NCBI GenBank assembly: GCA_964370965.1
Contig: CAYJLW010000013.1
Span: forward strand, 5,696-69,695
Source: an uncultured Acidimicrobiia bacterium
GTDB taxonomy: Bacteria; Actinomycetota; Acidimicrobiia; UBA2766
DNA: 64,000 bases
Reading direction: 5' to 3'
A model generated the notes under the pieces. That model had not been told where the DNA came from. It saw nothing but the letters and a program-made list of their open reading frames with translations, and did no database searches. This document shows positions 36,272 through 46,543 of this stretch, one piece after another. Made by a program: the position numbers and the translations under genes. Each line of letters starts with the position of its first letter. The stretch's first letter is position 1.

Positions 36272-36933
36272 CTACTCGGCGTCCTGGCGTCTCAGACGGA
36301 GGACGCAGCCTGCGCGCCTCGGGTCCCGCACTTCGAGGTCGACGACGGTGACGCCTCCGCCGAGGGCCTCGAGGATGCCCTCGGCCAGGCCGCGGTGGAG
36401 AGCGCAGACAGTCTGCGGGTCCTGTGTGGCGGCGCTGGAGAACGCGCAGCGCTCCAAGACCAGCTCCACCGTGGCGTCCTCACACACCCGGCGACTGGGG
36501 GCGAAACCCTGCCGGGCGATCTCGCGTTCCAGGACGTCCACCGCGTCCCCTGCGGGCCCCCCGGCCCCCGTCGGGCCCGCCGCCCCGGCAGAGCGACCAA
36601 CCCTGCGGGGGTCCTCTCCCGTGCGGATGATCTCGAGCAGCCAGCCGGCGAGGCGTTCGTAGGCGTCCGGCCCGCCCCACTGCGCTGCGAGGTCCGGAAC
36701 AGGCCGGTAGCGCAGGGGAGGCCGGCCCGGCCGGCCGCCGGACTCGGTCTCCTCGACCAGGAGGTCCGCGGCCACGAGACAGGCCAGGTGCTGGCGCACG
36801 GCGTTGTGGTTGAGGCCCACGAGCTCGGTGAGGGCGGCGACCCCGACCGGCTCGGGCGACTCGAGAATGTGACGGTAGATGAGGTGACGCGTGGGATTGC
36901 CGAGCGCCCGGGCCTGCTCCTGCAGCGTGCTCA
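36272..36933 (-). CDS. ArsR-family HTH transcriptional regulator with extended C-terminal domain
   Basis: GTG at 36933. ALGNPTRHLIYRHI...GLNHNAVRQHL is a winged-helix HTH of the ArsR type. An additional C-terminal domain of about 100 aa contains Cys residues. Confidence 0.65.
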
Positions 36934-38160
36934 CGGCGCCTCCCCCGCCGGCACCCCGCGAGCGGGCACCCGCTCCCCCCGGCCGGCCAAGAGAAGGCCG
37001 AGCCGGACTCCCGTGTCTGCCACCCACAGCCCCGTCACGACCCACGCCGCCACGCCGGCGCCCGCGGCCCATGCCACAGCAGCCACGTTCGCCGCCGCGA
37101 GGCCCGGCCAGCTCCGGGTGAGGCGGAATCCGGCCCCCAGCCGCTCGTGGCCCCCGCCCCGCAGCACGGGCCCCAGGTAGGCGAGGGCGCCCGCCAGGAT
37201 CTGGCCGTAGCCCCCGACGAGGAGACATCCCAAGATCCTCGGGTCCGCTACCGGTCGCCCCGCCCCTGCGCGGGCCCCCGCCCACACGACAGCGCCCGCC
37301 CACCACGCCGTCCCGGCGAGGATCTGCACCAAGCGGGGTCCTGCCCAGCGGATCTGCTTCCCGCCCAGGCGGGGGAGGATCCCCGCCGTGGCGACCACGC
37401 CGGCGCCATAGGCGAACAGCCCGGCCGCCGCGAGGCCGCCGTTCCCGGCCAGGGCGCCCCCGGCCGCCAGGGCGCCGCCGGCGGCGAGGGTGCCGAGGAG
37501 AGCGCCCCGGTTCCGGGGAGTGGCCCGGGGACTGGGCTTCACGCGCGCCTCCGTAGCCGTGAAGAACGGCAGCGTGCCCGCCACCACAAGGCCCACGAGG
37601 CCGAGCAGGTTGAGGATGAGGTGGCCGTCACGGACGGCGTCGGTGCCCCGGACCGCCCCTGTCGCCACGAGGATCCCGACCGCGCAACCCGCGACCCCGA
37701 AGAGGACCGCTGTCTCATAGAACAGGGCCGACGGGCGGAAGCGGTCCGCCACGCCGTTCGCCACCGTCCAGCGCACCATTCCCGCCCAGAGGACGAGAGC
37801 GCCGACGACCAGGGCCCCCGAGACACCCGCGAGCGCCGGCAAGCGGAGCTCCCGGGCGAGGAGGAGACCGCCGGCGCCGCCGGCGAGCAGCCAGCGCTGC
37901 GTGGCCGCCAGGGCGCCGGGGGGAGCGGGGCCCGCCGACCAGGTGACCGCAAAGAGGAGGCCGGCACCGGATATCGCCAGCAGGAGCGCCCCCACGCCAA
38001 AGACGTGCACCGGTGCCCAGGGACCGGTGCGATGAGGGACCGCGGCAACGACGGGAGTGGCCGCCACGAAGGCGACGGCGACGAGCAGGGTGGCGCGGGC
38101 CTGACCCTGGGCGCGCACGACGCGACCGGCGTCGGCGCCATCCCGTCGGTCGCCGGCCAC
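36931..38160 (-). CDS. polytopic integral membrane protein, unknown function
   Basis: 409 aa, about 10 hydrophobic segments. Stop overlaps the regulator start. Confidence 0.5.
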   Translation of the reverse strand: MAGDRRDGADAGRVVRAQGQARATLLVAVAFVAATPVVAAVPHRTGPWAPVHVFGVGALLLAISGAGLLFAVTWSAGPAPPGALAATQRWLLAGGAGGLLLARELRLPALAGVSGALVVGALVLWAGMVRWTVANGVADRFRPSALFYETAVLFGVAGCAVGILVATGAVRGTDAVRDGHLILNLLGLVGLVVAGTLPFFTATEARVKPSPRATPRNRGALLGTLAAGGALAAGGALAGNGGLAAAGLFAYGAGVVATAGILPRLGGKQIRWAGPRLVQILAGTAWWAGAVVWAGARAGAGRPVADPRILGCLLVGGYGQILAGALAYLGPVLRGGGHERLGAGFRLTRSWPGLAAANVAAVAWAAGAGVAAWVVTGLWVADTGVRLGLLLAGRGERVPARGVPAGEAP

Positions 38161-38168
38161 AGCCGACC

Positions 38169-38489
38169 CTACCGGCGGAATCCGAGCGTGGCGGCGGCCT
38201 CTTCCTCCATGCGCTCGGGGGTCCAGGGTGGGTCCCAGACGACGTTCATCTCGACGCCCCCGGGCGCGGCGTCACCGAGGGACTGCGTGACCACGGCCTT
38301 GGCCTGCTCGGGCAGGCTGTCGGCGATCGGACACCCCGGCGTGGTCAGGGTCATGTCGATCACGACCTTGTCGTCTTCGGCGCGAATGTCGTAGACGAGA
38401 CCCAGAGCGACGACGTCGAGGCCGAGCTCCGGGTCGTAGACGAGGCGGAGCGCCTCTCGGGCGCGCTCGACGAGGTCGGGCGTGGTGCT
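38169..38489 (-). CDS. DUF59/MIP18-family FeS-assembly protein (SufT-like)
   Basis: LVYDPELGLDVVALGLVYDI...MTLTTPGCPIADSL is the hallmark block. ATG at 38489 behind AGGAGGAACG. Confidence 0.75.
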   Translation of the reverse strand, partial: STTPDLVERAREALRLVYDPELGLDVVALGLVYDIRAEDDKVVIDMTLTTPGCPIADSLPEQAKAVVTQSLGDAAPGGVEMNVVWDPPWTPERMEEEAAATLGFRR

Positions 38490-39871
38490 CATCGTTCCTC
38501 CTGGGCGGTCACGGGTGTCGCAAGGGCGGGTATGTCGAGGACTGTGGCGCTGCGGCCTGCCCGGCGGGGGCCGAATCCCAGGTTGGAGAGGGCGAGGACC
38601 CCTGTGAGCGAGAGCAGGAGGCCGCCCGCCGCAAACGCCCAGGAGGTCGCCGCGGCCGCCCCCGCGAGCAGGAACCCCACTCCGAGCGTCATGGACGCGA
38701 GTGTGAGGCGGGCCACCCGGCCGTCGAAGAGATCGGCGAAGAGGAGGGGCTTTCCGTCGGGACGCATGAGGAAGCCCCTTTCCCGGAGCTTCGTCCAAGA
38801 GATGAACGGGACGATCTTGTGGGCGTGGCCGACGACGGCGAGGCCGAGCCAGCCGAAGAGGCCCAGCACCTCCACGGTGAGGAGGCGCTGGCGGGCGGTG
38901 ACGGTGACGGGGGCGAGGGCGCCCACGACCCCTGCCGCCACGGCGACGAGCAGGGAGAGGGCCGAGGCGAAGATGAAGGCGTGGAGGAGCTCCAGGGGCC
39001 GGCGGCGGTTGCGCACGTACGCCGCGAGGGCGCCGAGATGACATGCCAGACCCGCGGCCACCCCCAGGCCACCGAGGACGCAGAGCCACCGCCACTGCAA
39101 GAGGAGTCCGCCCACCAACAGGGTGACGCCGGTAGCGGCCAGCCAGATCCCCCACCGCGCCGGGCTCCTCTCGACATGGGCGAGAAGGAACATCGGCCAG
39201 AGCTTCTCGGCCACGGCCATGTAGGTGATCCCCAGCCAGCCGAGGAGGCCGAGGTGGGCGTGGGCGAGGATGCGCACCGGGAGCAGGGAGAACCAGCCGG
39301 TGTCGAGGTCGAGGGCGTAGACGACGCCGAAGCCGGCAGTTGTCACGAGGAACGCGAGGGAGAGGCGGATCCCGACGATCGGGGTTCCCTTGCCCCGGCC
39401 CGCCAGAGGTCGCGAGAGGTTCCAGACCATGAGGAGGATCGCCGTCCAGGCCAGCGCCCCGGCCGTGGCCGCCAGCCAGAGGACACCCCACTCCAGCGAG
39501 CCGGCGAGAACCCAGACGGACGGGACGAAGAGCGCCGCCGAGACCCCGGCGACACGGACCGACCGCAGGGGTGCCATGCCGATGACGGGTGAGAACTGGT
39601 GGAGTGCTCCCAGCACGGAGGTCGTGAGGAAGGCGAGCATGCTCAGGTGGAAGACGCCCGCCACCCGCATCGACGTGGGTGCGGTCACGGCCCGGGAGGC
39701 GACCTCGGCGAGGCCGATCCCCCCCACGACGAGGCCCACAGCGCCCGCGGCCAGGAATGTGAGGGGGACGCGGGCGGGGGGGATCGCAGGGGACGCGCCC
39801 GGGCCGGCCGGCACCCCGGGGGGTGAGGGCGTACCGGCCGGCGGGGCGAGGGACGGATCGGGTTCGCTCAT
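38489..39871 (-). CDS. polytopic integral membrane protein, unknown function
   Basis: 460 aa, more than 10 hydrophobic helices. Translationally coupled on both sides. Confidence 0.5.
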   Translation of the reverse strand: MSEPDPSLAPPAGTPSPPGVPAGPGASPAIPPARVPLTFLAAGAVGLVVGGIGLAEVASRAVTAPTSMRVAGVFHLSMLAFLTTSVLGALHQFSPVIGMAPLRSVRVAGVSAALFVPSVWVLAGSLEWGVLWLAATAGALAWTAILLMVWNLSRPLAGRGKGTPIVGIRLSLAFLVTTAGFGVVYALDLDTGWFSLLPVRILAHAHLGLLGWLGITYMAVAEKLWPMFLLAHVERSPARWGIWLAATGVTLLVGGLLLQWRWLCVLGGLGVAAGLACHLGALAAYVRNRRRPLELLHAFIFASALSLLVAVAAGVVGALAPVTVTARQRLLTVEVLGLFGWLGLAVVGHAHKIVPFISWTKLRERGFLMRPDGKPLLFADLFDGRVARLTLASMTLGVGFLLAGAAAATSWAFAAGGLLLSLTGVLALSNLGFGPRRAGRSATVLDIPALATPVTAQEER

Positions 39872-40224
39872 CCGGGGGTCAGGGCCAGGAAGCGCCGCGT
39901 GCGGCGGGCGTCTTGCAGGCCTCGGGTCACCTCCTCCAGGGTGCGGCCCAGAGGCACGTGCTCGAGCAGCCTGCCGAGGGCCTCGTCGTCGACTTCGTCA
40001 GAGGCTACTTCTCGTGCGGCGGCCTGGAATCGGGCGGCGAAGCCGTGGCCGCCGATCTCCCCGATGGTGACCTCGACGCGCTCGCCGTCGGCCACGCCGG
40101 CGAGGCGTTCGTCACCGAGGCAGATGAGGCGGTCACCCTGGGCGGCGTAGCGGGCACTGGCACTGTGGCCGTTGACCCGCAGCGACACGGTGTAGCGGCC
40201 CTTCACTTCACTCGGCAACGCCAT
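39868..40224 (-). CDS. hypothetical protein (first gene of a three-gene operon)
   Basis: 118 aa. Its stop overlaps the downstream membrane-protein start. A perfect palindrome lies 20-45 bp upstream. Confidence 0.45.
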   Translation of the reverse strand: MALPSEVKGRYTVSLRVNGHSASARYAAQGDRLICLGDERLAGVADGERVEVTIGEIGGHGFAARFQAAAREVASDEVDDEALGRLLEHVPLGRTLEEVTRGLQDARRTRRFLALTPG

Positions 40225-40242
40225 CGTGGGCTCCTGTCGTGC

Positions 40243-40270
40243 GGTATTTCTAGTAACTAGTAGAAATACC
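40243..40270. promoter_or_regulatory. perfect inverted repeat GGTATTTCTA-gtaactag-TAGAAATACC (candidate operator)
   Basis: 10-bp perfect arms with an 8-bp spacer, AT-rich in a 70% GC genome, immediately upstream of the 39868-40224 operon start. Confidence 0.55.
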
Positions 40271-40348
40271 TCACGAGGTCAAGGGCGGCCGGCTCAGCGG
40301 CGCCGGGCACTGCGGCCCGCGTCGTGCACACGAGACGACGTGTGAGGC

Positions 40349-41542
40349 TCACCCGAGCGGCCGGGGCTGACCGAGGTGCACGCAGCGGACGCCGCCCACC
40401 TCCATCTCGGCCACACAGAGGTTGCAGGGAACGCAACGGGACGCCGTCGCCCCGCCCGTCTCCATGCGGGACACGAGGTCGGGTTCGGCGATGAGCGCCC
40501 GACCCATGGCGACGAACTCGAAACCGTCCTCCATCGCCTGCGTAACGCCGGCGAGGCTCTTGACGCCTCCCAGAAGGACCACGGGGACCTCCACGGCATC
40601 CTTGACCTGCCGGGCGCCCTGCAGGAAGAAGAGCTCCGTGAAAGGGATCTCCTTCACGACGAATCGCCCGAAGAGGCCGAGGCCGACGCGGGCGAGGGGC
40701 TTGGTCTCGTGCGCGACCATCTCTTTGACCGGCACGTTGCCCCGGAGCATGTAGAACGGCGTCCGGCTCGTGAAACCGCCGCTGGGGACTATGGCGTGCA
40801 CCCCGGCACCCTCGAGGGCCCGGGCCACGGCGACGGACTCCTCCAGGGTGAGGCCGCCCCGGAAGCCGTCGGTGAGGTTGAGCTTGGCCAGGACCGCTGC
40901 CCGCTCTCCCACCTCCTCGACCACACGTCGGACGGTGCCCACGGGCATCCGCATCCGGTTCTCCAGGCTCCCGCCCCAGCGGTCCCGGCGCCTGTTCGTG
41001 TACGGGCTCAGGAACTGGCTGAGGAGGTAGCCGTGGCCCACGTGGACCTCGACGGCGTCGAAGCCCGCTTCCACGGCGAGATGCGCCGCCCGGCCGTAGT
41101 CGTCCACGAGCGCATCGATCTCGGCCTCGCCGAGGGGGCGCGAGAAGCTCATGCCGTAGGCGTTGAAGACCCGCGACGGAGCCACCGGCGTCGCCCCGAT
41201 CGTCTTGCGGTCGGCGAAGTACCCGGCGTGGCCGAGTTGCAGGGCGGCCGCCGCCCCCTCGGCGTGCACGGCGTCGGTGACCTCGCGGAGGTGCGCAACG
41301 AGCTCAGGGCGCATGTGCATCTGATCGGCGAACGTGAGACCGAGGGGCGACACCGAGCAGTAGGCGACCGTGGTCATCCCGGCTCCCCCCGCCGCTATCG
41401 CCCGGTGGTGCGCGACGAGGGCTGCGCCAGGCACGCCACCGGGCGACATCCCCTCGAAGGTGGCCGCCTTCACGAAGCGGTTGCGCAACTGCACAGGACC
41501 GATCCGCCCCGGAGTGAAGGCCTTGTGTACCGCCGTCGCCAT
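40349..41542 (-). CDS. Old-Yellow-Enzyme-family NADH:flavin oxidoreductase (2,4-dienoyl-CoA-reductase-like N-terminal module)
   Basis: TIM-barrel OYE blocks (HGAHGYLLSQFLSP-like HVGHGYLLSQFLSPYTNRR) and a C-terminal CVPCNLC...C cysteine cluster. ATG at 41542. Confidence 0.8.
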   Translation of the reverse strand: MATAVHKAFTPGRIGPVQLRNRFVKAATFEGMSPGGVPGAALVAHHRAIAAGGAGMTTVAYCSVSPLGLTFADQMHMRPELVAHLREVTDAVHAEGAAAALQLGHAGYFADRKTIGATPVAPSRVFNAYGMSFSRPLGEAEIDALVDDYGRAAHLAVEAGFDAVEVHVGHGYLLSQFLSPYTNRRRDRWGGSLENRMRMPVGTVRRVVEEVGERAAVLAKLNLTDGFRGGLTLEESVAVARALEGAGVHAIVPSGGFTSRTPFYMLRGNVPVKEMVAHETKPLARVGLGLFGRFVVKEIPFTELFFLQGARQVKDAVEVPVVLLGGVKSLAGVTQAMEDGFEFVAMGRALIAEPDLVSRMETGGATASRCVPCNLCVAEMEVGGVRCVHLGQPRPLG

Positions 41543-41631
41543 GCCTGCCCCCTTGTCCAGGAGAGGGATAGCCGACGGGGCCGCCGGGCGCCATCCGGCT
41601 GCCACGGGACGACGCGCCGTACCCTGGTTCC

Positions 41632-42711
41632 ATGCGCACCGGCCACGCGGACCTCCCCCTCCATGGGGGACGTGCACCCCGCTGGCTGTTCGAACGCATG
41701 ACGGCGCTCGCCCGTGAGATGTCCCTCGTGATCGTGGCCGACCAGGGGCCCGCCGGCCTCCTGCGACGGATCTCGGACCCGGTGTGGTTCCAGGCCTTCG
41801 GCTGTGTCCTGGGCTTCGACTGGCACTCCAGCGGCGTCACCACCACCGTCTGCGGAGCCCTCAAGGAGGCCCTGACCGGCCTCACCGCGGACACCGGCGT
41901 CGTCGTGGCCGGCGGGAAGGGGAGGGCCTCGCGCCGCACCCCGGCGGAGATCCAGGCCGCCTGCGAGGCCTCCGGAAGAGACCCGAACCCCCTCGTGCGC
42001 GCCAGCCGCCTCTCGGCCAAGGTCGACTCCGCTGCCGTACAGGACGGCTTCCAGCTCTACCACCACACGTTCCTGTTCACCACCGACGGCAACTGGGCCG
42101 TCGTGCAGCAGGGCATGCAGGACTCCTCCGGGATGGCCCGCCGCTACCACTGGCTCACGCAGGCCCGCTTCGACTCGGACCCCCACGCCGCCGTCGCCGG
42201 GGTCCGCTGCGGCGACATCCTGAACCTCGTGGCCGCCGAGGCCGGAGGCAACCGGGACACGTCGGCGGCCTTGTCCCGCGAGGGTCCGCGTGTGGTCCTG
42301 CGCGAGATCGGCCGCATGCGCGAGCTCTCCCTTCCCCGCCGCCACGCCGTCCGCCTCGGCGACGTCCACCCCGACCGCCTGGAACGGGTTCTCCTCGCCG
42401 CCTACGCAGCCCAGCCCGCCGACTTCACCGGCCTCCTCGCCACCCCCGGCGTAGGCGCCGCCGGCCTCCGGGCCCTCGCCCTCGTCGCCGAGCTCACCTA
42501 CGGCGAACCCACGTCGGTACGGGACCCGGTCTCGTTCTCCTTCGCCCACGGCGGCAAGGACGCCACCCCGTTCCCCGTCGACCGCACCACCTATGACGCC
42601 ACCATCGAGTCCCTCCGGAGCACGATGCGGGAGACGAGGACCGGCCGCACGGACAAGGCCGACGCCCTCAGACGCCTCGCCCGCCTGCAGGCAGGGGCAC
42701 CCTCCGGGTAG
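41632..42711 (+). CDS. DUF763-family protein
   Basis: N-terminal MRTGHADLPLHGGRAPRWLFERM resembles the conserved DUF763 start. 359 aa. Called by pattern memory. Confidence 0.5.
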   Translation: MRTGHADLPLHGGRAPRWLFERMTALAREMSLVIVADQGPAGLLRRISDPVWFQAFGCVLGFDWHSSGVTTTVCGALKEALTGLTADTGVVVAGGKGRASRRTPAEIQAACEASGRDPNPLVRASRLSAKVDSAAVQDGFQLYHHTFLFTTDGNWAVVQQGMQDSSGMARRYHWLTQARFDSDPHAAVAGVRCGDILNLVAAEAGGNRDTSAALSREGPRVVLREIGRMRELSLPRRHAVRLGDVHPDRLERVLLAAYAAQPADFTGLLATPGVGAAGLRALALVAELTYGEPTSVRDPVSFSFAHGGKDATPFPVDRTTYDATIESLRSTMRETRTGRTDKADALRRLARLQAGAPSG

Positions 42712-42776
42712 GTGTCGCCCGGGCGGCCCGGGCAGGTTACGCTCGAAGAACCGCCGAGCACCGCGAGGGAAGACCG

Positions 42777-44180
42777 ATGGCCGAAGTCGTCGACGTCCAC
42801 ATGCGCCAGAGCGACGCCTTCGCCTGGTACATGGAGGACGACCCGCTGTTGCGCTCCACGATCGTCGCCGTGGCGACGCTCGACCGGGCCCCCGACAGGG
42901 ACAGGTTCATGGAGGCGATGGAACGGGCGAGCCGCATGATCCCCGCCTTCCGCCAGAAGGTCGTGACCCCTCCGATGCGCCTCGCCACTCCCCGCTGGAC
43001 CTACGACCCCGACTTCGACCTCTCCTGGCACGTCCGGCGGGTCGAGGCCCCCGCCCCCAAGACGTTCGACACCGTCCTCCAGTTCGCCCGCAACACCGGC
43101 ATGACCGGCTTCGACCGCGCGCGGCCCCTGTGGGAATTCACCGTCGTCGAGGGCCTCGAGGACGCCCGGGCGGCGATCGTGATGAAGGTCCACCACTCCC
43201 TCACCGACGGCATCGGCGGCATGCAGCTCGCCATGCAGATCATCGACTTCGACCGCCAGGGCACCGATCGCGGGCCCCTGCCCGACGCCCCCGAAGGGGA
43301 GGACGTGGGCGCCGTCGACCTCATCCGCGACGCGATCGCCTACGACTGGGGCAGGGTGTACGAGGCCGCCCGTCACAGCGCCGGCGCCGCCCTTCCCACC
43401 GCGGTGGCGGCCGCCCGTCACCCGTTCCAGACAGCGTCGGAGGTCCTGCGCACGGTGCGCTCGGTGGCCCGCTTCGCCAGGCCCGTGAGCGAGACCCTCT
43501 CCCCCGTGATGACCGAGCGCCGCCTCGCCTGGCACTACGAGGTCCTGGACATCCCCTTCGACCGCCTCAAGGCGGCGGCCCGCGCCGGCGACTGCACGCT
43601 CAACGACGCCTTCATGGCCGGGGTACTGGGGGGGATGCGCCGCTACCACGAGCACCACGGCGCCCCCGCCGACGAGCTCCGCGTGACGATGCCGATCAGC
43701 CTTCGCAAGGCGGACGACCCCGCCGGGGGCAACCGCATCACGCTGGTCCGCTTCCAGGTTCCCGTCACCCTCACCGACCCCATCGCCCGCATGCAGGCGA
43801 TCGACTCCATCACGAAAGCCTGGCGCAACGAGCCCGCGATCCCCCTCTCCAACATCGTGGCCGGGGCGCTCAACCTTCTGCCCACGGGCTACACGGGCGG
43901 GATGCTCAAGCACGTGGACTTCCTCGCCAGCAACGTCCCCGGGGTGCCCATCCCCGTGTTCGTCGCCGGCGCGCAACTGGAGCGCTACTACGCTTTCGGC
44001 CCCACCATCGGGGCGTCCGTGAACATCACGCTCATCTCCTACTGCGGCGTCTGCTGCATCGGCGTGAACACGGACACGGGCGCCGTGGCCGACCACGAGG
44101 TCTTCCTGGACTGCCTCCGCGAGGGCTTCGAGGAGGTCACGTCCCTGGCCGATGACGTCCCCGCCGCCGGGCGCACGTGA
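42777..44180 (+). CDS. wax ester synthase / diacylglycerol acyltransferase (WS/DGAT)
   Basis: Catalytic HHSLTDGIGG (HHxxxDG) motif. About 467 aa, typical family size. Confidence 0.8.
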   Translation: MAEVVDVHMRQSDAFAWYMEDDPLLRSTIVAVATLDRAPDRDRFMEAMERASRMIPAFRQKVVTPPMRLATPRWTYDPDFDLSWHVRRVEAPAPKTFDTVLQFARNTGMTGFDRARPLWEFTVVEGLEDARAAIVMKVHHSLTDGIGGMQLAMQIIDFDRQGTDRGPLPDAPEGEDVGAVDLIRDAIAYDWGRVYEAARHSAGAALPTAVAAARHPFQTASEVLRTVRSVARFARPVSETLSPVMTERRLAWHYEVLDIPFDRLKAAARAGDCTLNDAFMAGVLGGMRRYHEHHGAPADELRVTMPISLRKADDPAGGNRITLVRFQVPVTLTDPIARMQAIDSITKAWRNEPAIPLSNIVAGALNLLPTGYTGGMLKHVDFLASNVPGVPIPVFVAGAQLERYYAFGPTIGASVNITLISYCGVCCIGVNTDTGAVADHEVFLDCLREGFEEVTSLADDVPAAGRT

Positions 44181-46506
44181 CAGCCCAACCGGTCGCCCGG
44201 CCGTGACCGAACCGCTTCGGCGGCGCTTCGTCGTGCGGGGCGTCGTACAGGGCGTCGGCTTCCGGCCCTTCGTGCACCGCCTCGCCGAGGATCTCGGCCT
44301 CTGCGGTTTCGTGGGCAACGACACCACGAGCGTCTTCGTGGAGGTCGAGGGCCTCGGGGGAGCCCTGGTGGACTTCGCCTCCAGACTCCGCTCGGAGGCC
44401 CCCGCCCTCGCCCGCATCGAGGACGTGAGGGCGGAGGACGTGCCCGCGCTGGGCGAGCCGGGCTTCGCGATCGTGCCCAGCCGCCACGAGCCCGGGACCG
44501 TCACACTCGTCCCCCCGGACGTGGCCACGTGCCCGGACTGCCTGGCGGAGCTTCGCGACCCGGCGGACCGCCGCTACCGGTACCCGTTCGTGAACTGCAC
44601 GAGATGCGGGCCCCGCTTCACGATCATCCGGGCCCTGCCCTACGACCGCTCCCGGACGACCATGGCGGCCTTCGCGCTCTGCCCCGACTGCGCCACGGAG
44701 TACGGGGACCCCAGGGACCGCCGCCACCACGCCGAGCCCGTCGCCTGCCCCGCCTGCGGACCCCGCCTCGAATTCCTCCCGGGGGCGGGGACGCCCGGTC
44801 ACCGCTCCGCTCGCGGAGCTCCGGCGCTGGAGGCCGCCCGCGACGTCCTCGCCGCCGGGGGGGTCCTGGCTGTGAAGGGTCTCGGCGGCTACCACCTGGC
44901 GTGCGACGCCGCCGACCCGGCGGCCGTGGCCCGTCTCCGGGAACGCAAGCGCCGGGAGGCCAAGCCCCTCGCCGTGATGGTCCGGGACCTCGCCGCCGCC
45001 CGGGCCCTCGCCGGCGTGGACGCCGCCGCCGCCGCCGTCCTCACGAGCCCGGCGCACCCCGTCGTCCTCCTCCGCAAACGGCACCGTCACGGCCCCGCCG
45101 AGCTCGCCGCTCCCGGCAACCCCGACGTCGGGATCATGCTCCCGTACACGCCCCTCCACCACCTCCTCCTGGAACCGGTCGCCGGTGCGCCCGCCGTCCT
45201 CGTCATGACGTCCGGGAACCTCTCGGACGAGCCCATCGCGTACGACGACACCGACGCCCGGAAGCGGCTCGCCCCCCTCGCCGACGCCTGGCTCGTCCAC
45301 GACCGGCCGATCCACGTGCCCTGCGACGACTCCGTGGTTCGGGTCCTCGACGGCGAGGTGTCTCCGATCCGACGCTCCCGGGGCTATGCCCCCTACCCCG
45401 TGGGCCTCCCGTTCGACGCCCCACCCACCCTCGCCGTGGGTGGGGAGGTCAAGAACACGTTCTGCCTCGCGGCGGGGAGGCACGCCTGGATGAGCCAGCA
45501 CATCGGGGACATGGCGGACCTCGAGACCCTCCACGCCTTCGAGCACTCCGTCGCCCGGCTCACGGACCTGTTCCGCGTGACGCCCGGGCGCGTGGCCGGG
45601 GACAGGCATCCCGGCTACCTGTCCGCCCGCTGGGCGCGGGAACGGGCGGCAGCCTCAGGGGTCCCTCTCGTCACCGTCCAGCACCACCACGCCCATCTCG
45701 CCGCCCTCCTCGCCGAGCACGGCCGGCCCCCCGGGGAACCCGCCATCGGGATCGTCTTCGACGGCGCCGGATACGGTGACGACGCCACGGTCTGGGGGGG
45801 CGAGGTCCTCGTGGGCGACTACGCGGGGTTCCGCCGTTTCGCCCACCTCGCGCCCGTCCCCCTGCCCGGCGGGGACGCCGCCGTGCGCCTCCCCCGCCGC
45901 ATGGCCCTCTCCCACCTCTGGGCGGCCGGAGTGCCGTGGGACGCCGACCTCCCCCCGTTCGCCGCGGCGGGCGCCGCGGAAAGCCGCGTGCTCGCCCGCC
46001 AACTCGAGACCGGATTCGCCACCACGCCCACGTCGAGCATGGGTCGCCTCTTCGACGCCGTCGCCTCCCTGGCCGGCCTCCGCCACGAGACCACGTTCGA
46101 GGCCCAGGCAGCCGTCGACCTCGAAGCCGCCGCGGCCGGTCGGGTCGAGGACGGCTACCGCTTCTACGTCCCCGCCGGAGGTGGGCCGGTGACGCCGACC
46201 CCGGTGGTGCGGGCCGTCGCCGGCGACGTCCGTGCCGGGACGGACCCTTCACTGGTCGCCGCGAGGTTCCACGGGGCCGTCGCCGACCTGGTCCTCCAGG
46301 CGGCGCGGCGCGCCCGGGACGCCACAGGCGTCCACGCAGTCGGCCTCACGGGCGGCGTGTTCCAGAACGGCCTCCTCGCCCGCAGCGCGGCCGCACTCCT
46401 CGCCGGCGACGGTTTCAAGGTCCTGGTCCACAAGGAGGTCCCCCCCAACGACGGGGGCATCGCCCTCGGCCAGGCGGCGGTGGCGGCGTTCACGCCCCTG
46501 GTGTGA
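44152..46506 (+). CDS. hypF: [NiFe]-hydrogenase maturation carbamoyltransferase HypF
   Basis: Acylphosphatase domain VRGVVQGVGFRPFV. Two Zn-finger pairs (CPDC...CTRCGPR, CPDC...CPACGPR). YrdC block AVKGLGGYHLACDA. Kae1-like C-terminal GGVFQN. Start is ATG at 44152, overlapping the WS/DGAT end, or GTG at 44213. Confidence 0.85.
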   Translation: MTSPPPGARDSPTGRPAVTEPLRRRFVVRGVVQGVGFRPFVHRLAEDLGLCGFVGNDTTSVFVEVEGLGGALVDFASRLRSEAPALARIEDVRAEDVPALGEPGFAIVPSRHEPGTVTLVPPDVATCPDCLAELRDPADRRYRYPFVNCTRCGPRFTIIRALPYDRSRTTMAAFALCPDCATEYGDPRDRRHHAEPVACPACGPRLEFLPGAGTPGHRSARGAPALEAARDVLAAGGVLAVKGLGGYHLACDAADPAAVARLRERKRREAKPLAVMVRDLAAARALAGVDAAAAAVLTSPAHPVVLLRKRHRHGPAELAAPGNPDVGIMLPYTPLHHLLLEPVAGAPAVLVMTSGNLSDEPIAYDDTDARKRLAPLADAWLVHDRPIHVPCDDSVVRVLDGEVSPIRRSRGYAPYPVGLPFDAPPTLAVGGEVKNTFCLAAGRHAWMSQHIGDMADLETLHAFEHSVARLTDLFRVTPGRVAGDRHPGYLSARWARERAAASGVPLVTVQHHHAHLAALLAEHGRPPGEPAIGIVFDGAGYGDDATVWGGEVLVGDYAGFRRFAHLAPVPLPGGDAAVRLPRRMALSHLWAAGVPWDADLPPFAAAGAAESRVLARQLETGFATTPTSSMGRLFDAVASLAGLRHETTFEAQAAVDLEAAAAGRVEDGYRFYVPAGGGPVTPTPVVRAVAGDVRAGTDPSLVAARFHGAVADLVLQAARRARDATGVHAVGLTGGVFQNGLLARSAAALLAGDGFKVLVHKEVPPNDGGIALGQAAVAAFTPLV

Positions 46507-46543
46507 AAGGATTCCCCGTGTCGCCGTCCAGCCCGAGCCTGCC

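Noticed and set aside
36424-37180. Multiple Pro/Arg-rich ORFs overlapping the ArsR regulator and membrane-protein genes
   Set aside because: High-GC frame artefacts. The minus-strand genes carry an HTH motif and TM helices.
42591-44528. 645-aa minus-strand and 520-aa plus-strand ORFs over the WS/DGAT gene
   Set aside because: Arg/Gly/Pro-rich alternate frames. WS/DGAT in the 42777 frame has the HHxxxDG motif.
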